Made by a program: the position numbers and the translations under genes. The notes beneath the pieces are model-generated. The model was not told the DNA's origin. It worked only from the letters and a program-made list of their open reading frames with translations, and searched no databases. Positions 28,327-38,000 of a stretch of 64,000 bases of DNA are shown piece after piece. Positions within the stretch are counted from its first letter, which is position 1; each line of letters opens with the position of its first letter. Origin of the DNA: an uncultured virus (IMG/VR IMGVR_UViG_3300019287_000008) (Duplodnaviria; Heunggongvirae; Uroviricota; Caudoviricetes); the IMG/VR virus record IMGVR_UViG_3300019287_000008, one strand, 5' to 3'.

Positions 28327-29070
28327 ATGGCTGATAATAACGAAGTTAAGAGCAGACGCGACCAACATCTTGACCGCCTGCGTAGTAAATACCCCGACAA
28401 GAAATTCGAGGACGATGAGGAAATCTATGGACAGATTTCCGATGATTACGATACTTACGAGGCAGAACTGGAGGGATTAAGAGGCAGGGAGAAATCGCTG
28501 TCAGATATGTTTGCGGCCGACCCTCGCAGTGCGCAGTTCCTAACCGATATGCACAACGGCAACGACCCCGTCCTCGGTCTTGTCCGCAACTTCGGCGTAG
28601 AAATCAAGGACGTTCTTGACGACCCCGAAATGCAGGATAGGATAGCCGAAGCAAACAAGGAGTATGTTGAGCGCATAGCCAACTCTAAGAAACTTGATGA
28701 AGAGTATGAGAAGAACATGGACAATACGCTTGATACTCTCCGTCAGTTCCAGGCCGAGCGAGGCATGAGCGATGAGCAGATTGACCAAGTTGTAGATTTT
28801 CTGCTCGGCGTAGTCCGTGACGGTGTTATGGGCAAATTCAGTACCGAAACTCTCAACATGGCCTGCAAGGCACTCAACTATGACGCAGATGTGGCGGCCG
28901 CCGGGGAAGAGGGCGAAGTGGCAGGACGCAACGCCAAGATAACCGAGAAACTGCGAAAGAGCAATAAAGGCGATGGCACAGCACCCCTCGGAGGCAAGAA
29001 CGGACAAGGGCATTCAAGTTCACCTCAAAAGAATCAATCAATATTCGACCTCGCAGCAGAGGCTCAGTAA
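28327..29070 (+). CDS. Probable capsid scaffolding protein
   Basis: Acidic, helical 247-aa protein just upstream of the major capsid gene. Confidence 0.55.
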   Translation: MADNNEVKSRRDQHLDRLRSKYPDKKFEDDEEIYGQISDDYDTYEAELEGLRGREKSLSDMFAADPRSAQFLTDMHNGNDPVLGLVRNFGVEIKDVLDDPEMQDRIAEANKEYVERIANSKKLDEEYEKNMDNTLDTLRQFQAERGMSDEQIDQVVDFLLGVVRDGVMGKFSTETLNMACKALNYDADVAAAGEEGEVAGRNAKITEKLRKSNKGDGTAPLGGKNGQGHSSSPQKNQSIFDLAAEAQ

Positions 29071-29071
29071 A

Positions 29072-29236
29072 ATGCATCAACGAGTACGAGTAGTGAAAAC
29101 TAAGCCCGAAAAACCATCAAAAGGTAGTGTCGGACTTGAAAGCCAGTGCATGGGTATGGTGACAACTGTCAGTGCAGTATCCAATGCTACTGGCGGGCTA
29201 AAAGCAGGTAACATAATATCCACATCAAATAAATAA
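29072..29236 (+). CDS. Small protein homologous to the major capsid N-terminal arm (54 aa)
   Basis: GSVGLESQCMGMVTTVSAVSNATGGLKAGNII aligns without gaps to capsid GHAGLPTQVAGEATTVSAAATATGGVGAGNFI. Confidence 0.7.
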   Translation: MHQRVRVVKTKPEKPSKGSVGLESQCMGMVTTVSAVSNATGGLKAGNIISTSNK

Positions 29237-29255
29237 TCATTTAATTTCAAAAGAC

Positions 29256-30788
29256 ATGGCAGAAGAAATCAGCACTCAGAATGCTGTGGTAACAGGCGGA
29301 ACGCCTGCCACCACTTCCCCCGGTCACGCCGGCTTACCTACGCAGGTTGCAGGCGAGGCAACGACCGTCAGCGCGGCCGCGACCGCTACTGGCGGTGTCG
29401 GAGCAGGCAATTTTATAGAAGTTGACATTGACAAAGAACTTTTCAAGTTTGAAAGCGATGATACGCCTCTCATGCAGCTTATGCTCAATGCTAAGAAAGT
29501 TCCGGTCAATTCACCCGAAATTCAACATTTCGCAATTGACCAAGCGCGTCCGAGCGTAGTTACCAACGCAACCGTTGGTGATGGAACAGGAAATGTTGCT
29601 GTTCTCCCTCTTGACAATGCAGACAAGAAGTTACTTCAGCCTTATGGCACAATTCTCGTCAAAGGAGTTGACGGTTATGCTTCGGACGGCAAAACCAAGA
29701 CTCCGGGCAAAGACCTCATGCTTTTCATAACCGACCGCGACAAGGTTTCAGGTAATCCTATCGCTATCGCCGTCAACGGTCCCAAGAACGAAGCAACCGA
29801 TGATTCTTGTCTTGTTCCCGAAATTCCGGCAGGTACAACGCTTGTTATTCTCGCTAATGCTATGTTCGAGACTCAGAAAGAAGTTCTTCCCGATTTCGTT
29901 GTGCCTTCTCCATCGCTTATTTATGCTCAGAAGCGTGGAATGAACAGCATCACATCGGACTACTTTGAGAGTGTTGCCAAACGTATTCCGTTCAGTAAGG
30001 CTCTCATCGCAGAGGCTCAGATTCGCAACTTCAAAACAAAGGGTAACCGCACCCTATGGGCCAGTCGCGCAAGCAAGTTCACGGTTGATACCGAGCTTGG
30101 CCAGCAGACAGTCTATACAACCGAGGGGGTCCGCTGGCAGATTAAACGTCACCTTGACCACAAAGGCAAGTGGACGTTTGAGGAGTTCATCAGCGTTGCC
30201 AAGATGATTTTTACCGGAGAAGATGTGCCAAAGTCTGTGGTGATGCTCTGTGGTAAAAACTTCCTTGAGAGCGTTCAGTGCATCGACTTTTCAAAACACC
30301 CCGAAGTACAGATTTCGGTAAAGACTAACAAACTCGGTTGGCAGGTAACAGCCATTCATACCGTATTCGGCGAGTTCGAGTTCAAACGCGAGCCGACTCT
30401 TGACTACCTCGGCTGGAGTAATAGCGCAGCTGTCATCGCTTATGATCGCCTTGTTCATTACGTTTACTCTTCTGAGCACAAAGACAGTGAACGAGTGGAC
30501 GGACATGAGGCAAGCCGTGAGCATACAATCGTATGGGATGCTCTTGCTCTCAAAGGCTCTTGCCATATCTGGATTGACGGCGAGGGCGAGTGCTCGGCAG
30601 AAGGCGCAACGACTTACGCCCTTTGGGGCAGTGAGGAGGCTCCTGAAAGCCCGATTGAGGGTAAGGTCTATGTACTCGTCAGCGATTGTCCCGGAATTAA
30701 TGCCAAGGCTGTCAGTGGCACAATGTGGCAATATGACAGCACTTCAAAGTCGTGGAAAGAGTACACGGGTGAAATTTTAGCTAACTAA
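29256..30788 (+). CDS. Major capsid protein
   Basis: 510 aa, after the scaffold gene and followed by a terminator; DTPLMQL, TTEGVRWQI and TVFGEF segments are consistent with an HK97-fold capsid protein. Confidence 0.75.
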   Translation: MAEEISTQNAVVTGGTPATTSPGHAGLPTQVAGEATTVSAAATATGGVGAGNFIEVDIDKELFKFESDDTPLMQLMLNAKKVPVNSPEIQHFAIDQARPSVVTNATVGDGTGNVAVLPLDNADKKLLQPYGTILVKGVDGYASDGKTKTPGKDLMLFITDRDKVSGNPIAIAVNGPKNEATDDSCLVPEIPAGTTLVILANAMFETQKEVLPDFVVPSPSLIYAQKRGMNSITSDYFESVAKRIPFSKALIAEAQIRNFKTKGNRTLWASRASKFTVDTELGQQTVYTTEGVRWQIKRHLDHKGKWTFEEFISVAKMIFTGEDVPKSVVMLCGKNFLESVQCIDFSKHPEVQISVKTNKLGWQVTAIHTVFGEFEFKREPTLDYLGWSNSAAVIAYDRLVHYVYSSEHKDSERVDGHEASREHTIVWDALALKGSCHIWIDGEGECSAEGATTYALWGSEEAPESPIEGKVYVLVSDCPGINAKAVSGTMWQYDSTSKSWKEYTGEILAN

Positions 30789-30817
30789 AATACTACACAA
30801 CCGAAATTCCTAAAACG

Positions 30818-30860
30818 GAGGGAAGCGGAGTGCAGCCCGCACATCCACTTCCCTCTTTCT
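30818..30860 (+). terminator. Hairpin after the capsid gene
   Basis: AGGGAAGCGGAGTGC/GCACATCCACTTCCCT imperfect stem followed by a pyrimidine run. Confidence 0.55.
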
Positions 30861-30874
30861 AATAACTCTCAATT

Positions 30875-31444
30875 ATGAATACGAAAAAGACTAAAACAAC
30901 CTACGGCGTTTACAATCTCATAGAGTGGCACGCACGTCTGCGTATGGGTAAAGCCACTGTTAAAGTTGCATTCACAGGAGGCAGCATAACAACACAAGGT
31001 GTAACACCTGCCACATTCACTACTGAGAACCCCGTTATTCAGTTTGCTATTGAGAATAGTCCTGAATTTCATAACGGCAAAATAAAAGTCGTTAGACGTG
31101 TAAAACTTAATGGTGTTGTAGAAATCGAGTGCAACGTTCCAAAAGTTGCGCTTCCCATTCCGGCCCCTGCTCCAATCTCTACCGAGAGCGTGGACGCTCC
31201 AGTCAAGGAGGACGAGAACGCCCCCGACACGCAGGCCGACAATGAAGTCGAGGCAGAGGACAACGCCGAGGCAGAGGACAACGCCGAGACTGTTCCTGCG
31301 ACAACGCAGGTAGAGTTCTCTTGCAACGATGACGCAAAGGACTACCTTGAGCAGACTTTCGGATTTGTACGTTCCAAACTCCGCAACCGCGAGGATATAG
31401 TAGCCGCAGGCAAGGCACGCGGCGTTGACATCATCTTCGTATAA
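30875..31444 (+). CDS. Hypothetical protein (189 aa)
   Basis: ORF in the structural operon; acidic linker containing an 18-bp tandem duplication. Confidence 0.7.
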   Translation: MNTKKTKTTYGVYNLIEWHARLRMGKATVKVAFTGGSITTQGVTPATFTTENPVIQFAIENSPEFHNGKIKVVRRVKLNGVVEIECNVPKVALPIPAPAPISTESVDAPVKEDENAPDTQADNEVEAEDNAEAEDNAETVPATTQVEFSCNDDAKDYLEQTFGFVRSKLRNREDIVAAGKARGVDIIFV

Positions 31445-31456
31445 ACGTCCAGCGAT

Positions 31457-32092
31457 ATGGTGTACAAAATCCTGCATATAGCGCGTGACGTGCGTATCGC
31501 CATAGATGAGAACAAAACGAGCGAACAACTGATAGCGGATGAGGATATTGACACCCTATCGTTGAACGACATTGTCCGCTCCAAGATTGTCGAAGCAGTG
31601 CGCCGTGTGGTGACCGAAGCACCCACGCACCTGCTTGACGGCGGTCAGCCATTCGGCGATGCAATCTTTTGGCGTAGCAAAGGTTCGGGTTGGACACTCC
31701 TGCCCGAAGATTTCATGCGCCTCTTAATCTTCAAAATGAGCGATTGGGAGCGACCTGTGTATGAGCCAATCACAGCCGCCGACCCTCAGTATCAACTGCA
31801 ATTCTCACGCTACAAAGGACTGCGAGGCAATCCGCAGAAACCAGTAGTGGCAATTGTCAGCCGTGCCGAGGGTCGTGCGCTGGAGCTATTCTCCTGCAAG
31901 GACGCGACCGCAACAGTAGAGCAAGCCGTCTATATCCCCCTGCCGAGGGTAGATTGTGATGGCGGTATTGAAATCCCGGAGCGTTGCTATATGTCCGTGG
32001 TCTATCAAGCCGCCTCGCTTGTGCTTGCCACTATCGGTCAAGGCGACCTATCCTCAATGATGTCAGACCTTAGCAAACAACTTTTAGTATGA
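31457..32092 (+). CDS. Putative head-tail adaptor/structural protein
   Basis: 211 aa; stop overlaps the tail gene start (ATGA 32089-32092). Confidence 0.5.
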   Translation: MVYKILHIARDVRIAIDENKTSEQLIADEDIDTLSLNDIVRSKIVEAVRRVVTEAPTHLLDGGQPFGDAIFWRSKGSGWTLLPEDFMRLLIFKMSDWERPVYEPITAADPQYQLQFSRYKGLRGNPQKPVVAIVSRAEGRALELFSCKDATATVEQAVYIPLPRVDCDGGIEIPERCYMSVVYQAASLVLATIGQGDLSSMMSDLSKQLLV

Positions 32093-35000
32093 GTCAGATA
32101 AAGACAACCGAAATTGAGGGTGACGTTGCGATTGGCAGACACGTCACCGCAGGCGGAAATGCGACCATACAGGGAAATGCGACCGTTAAGAAGAATCTCA
32201 AAATTGAGGGTTGGCTTGATGCACGAAACATCAAAGGCCCCAACAAGGGAATCTTCCTTGACGTGACAAAACTCCGTGAGGCATATCCGCTACCGCATGA
32301 TGGTTGGTGGGCATTAATCGGCAACACTCTCCCGGCCCCCTTGTACATCGCTGACGGCGGTGCGTGGGTGGCAACCGGGGAAAGCGCAGGCAACCCGACC
32401 ATTGACAGCCAACAATACAATGAAGCCGTTGCGGCACTTGACGCTGAATTGAAAGCACTGGCTACCGATGTTTCAGCCAACAAGCAGAGCATTGACCAAA
32501 TCCGCACTCAGATAGACACTATCGGCAGTTCGGTCAATACGCTCACGACCGATGTGTCCGGCCTGAAAACTCGCGTGACCAATGCTGAGACAAGCATTCA
32601 GAGCATCAACAACAGCAAGGGCAAGGCTAACGGCCTGGCCTCTCTTGACGCAAACGGCAAAGTTCCGTCAGCGCAGCTTCCCGGCTTCGTTGATGATGTC
32701 GTAGAGTTCAATGCCATAGTCTCCGACATAACACCGCTTGCACAATCAGCGAACAAAAAATCAACTGATGCCGGTTGTATGGTGGTTTATGACAGCGACC
32801 GCAACCGATTTATTCTTGCAGTGTCGCATTTGGCCATACCCGATGAACAGCGTACACAATGGGGAGAGCAGATATTGCGCCCGATAAAGACACTCAACAC
32901 TCCTGCCACCGCCACCGCAGAGAGCGTTGAGGCGTTGCCTCTATTGAACGTTGTGGATTACTGGGAACTTACGGACGGAACAGCCTCACTCATCACATCA
33001 AAATTCACCTACTACAACAACTGGCTTGACGGTGGCTCCTTTGGTGAAGTTGACGCAAAAGGTAGAATCCCCGAAGGTGGCAAGGTGTATATTTCTACCT
33101 CAGATAATAAAACCTATCGTTGGAGTGGCACACAACTTGTCATCATTGGTAATGACCTTGCACTGGGTCGTACAGCAAACACGGCGTTCCCCGGCGATGA
33201 AGGAGCGCAGTTGCAGGAAAATCTAAAAAACACCGATAACCGACTGTACGACACAGCCAACCGATTGCGCAACTTAGGGATTCTGCTTTGTGACGGTCAA
33301 TGGGATGGAACCGGCACTACACCTAAAAGTGGTGTATGGCTTTGTCCGAATGAAGAGGGCGGTTGGTATTTCCGCAGTTTTGGCAACACCAATTTTTATG
33401 ACCTCCCTGAAGAAGAATATAACTCTGACATGACGTATAATTCCGGCTGTCTATATCGTATGGCAGACGGACTATACCGCATTATCAACGATAAACTGAC
33501 AATGGTCGGAGGGGCTTCAGTCGGCAATACGTTCAACCTCACATCGGAAATACCCACAAGCGACCCCGACAAGTTGTTCTATCAATTGAACGACCCGACC
33601 GACACCAAGTATTATGCTCCAGCGATAGTCTATGAGCAGGGAAAGGCAGGTTTCGGCTTGCAGATTACCTTTGCCGTTGCTCACGGTGCGTGGAAGATAT
33701 ACCAGTATGTCGGCGCGACACTTGAAAAGGAAGATGTTTTGAGCAGTGAAAACTGGCTCGATCTCGCAGGCATGAGCGCAGGCGCAGAAGCCATCGTGAA
33801 TGTCAATGAGGTGTGCGAAGATAAAGACTACACCATGTCGCTTGCCATACAGGCACTCATTGACCTGCGCGACACCACCGGGGTAAACTATCTCAAATCC
33901 GGACTTGTCATAACCTACCGCAGGGATTCTTCCAAAACGCCCCATGCATGGGAGACAAAGCAGTTCCGTGGGCAGGTGCAGGATATATCCGCGACAAACG
34001 GCGATGACCTATGGCCAGACTTCGGCGGTGGCGGTGGCTCTACTTTTGAACTCGGCAACGAGCCAGAGGTAAACGGCACTAAAGCATTGTCAACCGGCGG
34101 CGCGTACGATATGGAACAACGCTCATTCGGAGGCTTGCAGATAGAACCCGCCCCATCGGATTATATCATACAAGCCGTAACTAAAGCAGGCGAACCTCTC
34201 GGCGATTCCGTGAAGATACCCAAGAGCAACGGCGGTGGCGGTCAGAGCGGAAGCACACTCACCATCTACTGCGACTCTGCCGTATGGGGCGCGTATGGTG
34301 GTAAAATCGTTTTGTCGGCCGCCATCAAGAGCGTAAGTTATGACGGCGAAGATGAGGTACTGGGAACAATCCGCTCACTGAGTATCATCGACCCGACCAC
34401 CAATATAGAGTTGTGGAGTGAGGTTGTCAATCAGCCGTCCTCAACATCAGCCAATGACCTCAAATTTGAATTTGACTTTACCGAGTTCATAACCGGGGCA
34501 TCGAGCAAGGACTACAAAATCAAAGCCACTGACGCGGACGGCAACGAGCGCACTCGTGTAATCAGCGTTACCGCCGTTGACGTGACGTGTACCTGTGTGC
34601 AGGCAATTAACTACTCAGCCGCCACCGCTCTTGAAGCAGGAGGACGCGAGAAGAGCCTGCCGATGTATAAGTTTGAAAACAACGTCAGCACCAAACAGGG
34701 CATTCTCGTAACCACTGAAATGTTCTACAATGGGGAATGGCGTACCCTCGGCACAGCGACCGTTACCGACCAGTACAGTCACAACATAAGCATCAACCCC
34801 AACAACGTGTTCGGCAATTCCGAACAACTGACGCACGGCGCATACCCCCTGCGCATTCAAGGCAAAGACATTGCTTCGGGTGTGACAGGCAATACAATCT
34901 ACACAGCCGTGATGTGCGTTGACGCAAACAACAGCACGCCGATTGTAGTCATGCGATACGATGACCGCAACGAGGGTAAAGTGCGCTTGTATGATTCCAT

Positions 35001-38000
35001 CGCGCTTGATGTCGCAGCTTACACTCCGGGCAAAACACGCACAGCCATTGAGGTAATGATTGACGGACATATAGCCACTACCGCCAACTGCGAAACCAGT
35101 CAGACGCTCAATGTAACGAAGCAGATTCAAGGTTATGCCTCGGACGGAAGCAAGAGTTTTGACGTGTACGCACAGAGCGGAACATCAAAGTCCTTGACCG
35201 TCACACTGACCGTTGAGGGTTCAGCAATAGACGCTGAGGTCAAAGAGGGTGCATTGTTCGCCTTTGACTTCTCCACCCGAAACAACAGCGAGACCGACCA
35301 CACCATTGAGGACAACGGCTACTCCATGAACGTAAGCGGCAGCAACTGGAACTCCAACGGCTTTGTGTCGGTACTGGGAGAGAATGTTCTGCGTATCGCC
35401 GAGAATGTAAAAGCGGAGATACCTTATGCACCGTTCTCATCATCAGCCCTTGAAACGAGCGGAGCCGCAATCCAGTTGGCTTTCTCAACCAAGAGCATCA
35501 AGGACAAGGATGCCATGCTCTGCGAGTGCTACGACCCAGCCGCAGGTGTCGGCTTCTATATCCGAGGCAACGAGGTAGTGCTTACGGTCCTCAACGGAAC
35601 TCCGAAGCGTCAGCGCGTAGGGTTCAAGTGCGGAGAGAAAGTAACAGTTGCCATTGTTGTAGAGCCGGGCAGCAAGTATGTCACCTACAAAGCCTCAGAA
35701 GCATCGAGCGGAACAAATTACTCATTTGTCAAACTCTATGTGAATGGCGAGGAGTGTGCTTCTATCGGCTATCAGCCGGGAACGAGCGCACTGCGTCAGA
35801 ACAGGACAATCACGTTCAACTCCGAGAACGGCGATTTCAACCTCAACTACATCATGGCCTACAACTCCTATATGGAATGGTTGCAGGCATTCCGCAACTA
35901 CCTTTGCAAGTTGAGCGATGTCCGCGCCATGATTGCGGAGTATGACAAAGAGAATGTACTGGATACGACAGGCAAGCCGTCCATGAGCCTTATGGCGGCC
36001 AAAGGTATACCTTACTATGTGATTGTCGCCGACCAGACCACATTCAATAATTTCGACTATGCTCTGAACGGCGGTACATCAACAAGCGACCAGTTTGCCT
36101 GCACGCTGTACTACTTCAACCCACAGCATCCGGAAGTAAACTTCAAGGCTGTGAATGTGCTTTGGCGCAGGCAGGGAACGACTTCGGCACAGCGACCCAT
36201 TAAGAACGACCGCTTCAACTTCAACAAGAAGAACAAGACCACAGGACTTAAAGCGACCGTCACCCTGCTCAATCCCGATGACAGCACCGAACTTGGACGC
36301 AACGCAATCAAGGCTGCTGCTGACCGAAAGGTGTTTTGCGCTGAGACTGGTAACTTTATTGACGTGGTTACTGTCAAAGTCGATTATTCCGACAGTTCCA
36401 ATGCCAACGACTGCGGCGTGTGCGATATGATGAACGCCACATTCCGCTCTCTCGGCTCGTCATACATGACCCCGGCGCAAAGAGCCTTTGACGGGCGTCA
36501 GATTCTTTCCAACGGAGACGTTATCACGGGTCGTCAGATGGACCATTCCACAAAGAACCACCCGATAGCCTGCTTCCGCGCCACGACCGACACCTTGCAG
36601 GACGCATGGTTTCATGCCAAGGGCAACTGGAAAGAGGACAAGGGAGAGCAGACCGCCCTCGGCTTCAAGGATACACCCGGCTATAACAAAGGCTGTCTCA
36701 ACTACGGAGACTTTGTGGAATACTTCGGCACACCCGATGAAACCCTCGCGCAAACCGAGGCTCGTTTCAAGGCAGACCCCGAAACAAATACAGAGGCCGC
36801 CCAAAAGAATGTGTATCTCATATCACAGTATTGCGGACGCGACTATGCTATCTACCGCTACAAGAACGGCGCATGGACACGTTCGACTGGCTCAATGAAG
36901 CAGGTTGACGGCATGTGGGTTGTGACCGGCGATGTGCTTAACCCGGTGAGTGGTTACGAACTACTGCAATATGCAGGTATGGACTGGTGGCAGGGTGTAG
37001 CGACTATTGAAGACATGATGAAGCCGTCAACACAGATTTCATCATGGGTTCGCAAACTCGGACTTGCGGCTACGGAATATCCTGCATGGACGTACTACTT
37101 TGAGTGCATGATTGACGATGACCAACTCCAAGAGGATTTGGCACTCGGCAAGAAAGTACCCTACGACCTCTTCAATATGCTTCGTTTCTTCAACTCCTGC
37201 GACTACTCCAAAGTCAACGGGTGGGAGAAGATATGGAGAGAGAACGCCTACCGCTATATGTCGCTTGAGAGCGCAATGGCATACACCGCCTTTACTGACT
37301 ATCTCGCGGCTGTTGACCAACGAGCCAAGAATATGCAGCCTATGTTCTTCTTGGAGGACGGCTGTTCGGTAGAGAACGGCGTTTACTCCGGCTACCGAAA
37401 TATGGAGCCAACCCGAATGTATCTTAACAAGGTATATGACTGTGACACCTGCAACGGCGCAGACAATGACGGCGGCCGAGACATAGACGCGGAGGTAGAC
37501 CCCAACAAGATGACTGATGAAGCTACCGGTTATACCAATCCCTACATGGGTTACGGCTCGGTACTCTTCAACAACATGGACCGTCAGCAGGAGTGCTGGA
37601 ACAGCAACGACCTCGGCACGACCACCATATCACTGAAGAGTGTTGTAAACCGAATGCGAAATCAGACTGCGCAGATTGACGGCAAGACAATCGTTCCGTT
37701 CTCGCCTGACGGCGCGTTATATTTCTTTGTGGAGAAGCGACTGATGTTCTGGCCGAAAGTCATCTCTTCCTATGACGGGGAGCGTAAGTACATAGATAAT
37801 ACCGGGATAGCCAATCAGCCGTATTTCTATGCACTGCACGGCCTGGGATTGACCTCCTTACCTCGCTTCATAGAGCAACGATGGGCAATCCGTGACGGCT
37901 ATTATCAGACAGGCGACTTCTTTACCAATCCATTGAGCGGACGTGTGTCTGCCATCAAAGCCGATTCTAAAATCTACATCACCGCAGCAGCTCCGGGATA

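Noticed and set aside
31250..31288. 18-bp tandem repeat GAGGCAGAGGACAACGCC
   Set aside because: In-frame duplication in an acidic linker (EAEDNA x2); ordinary.
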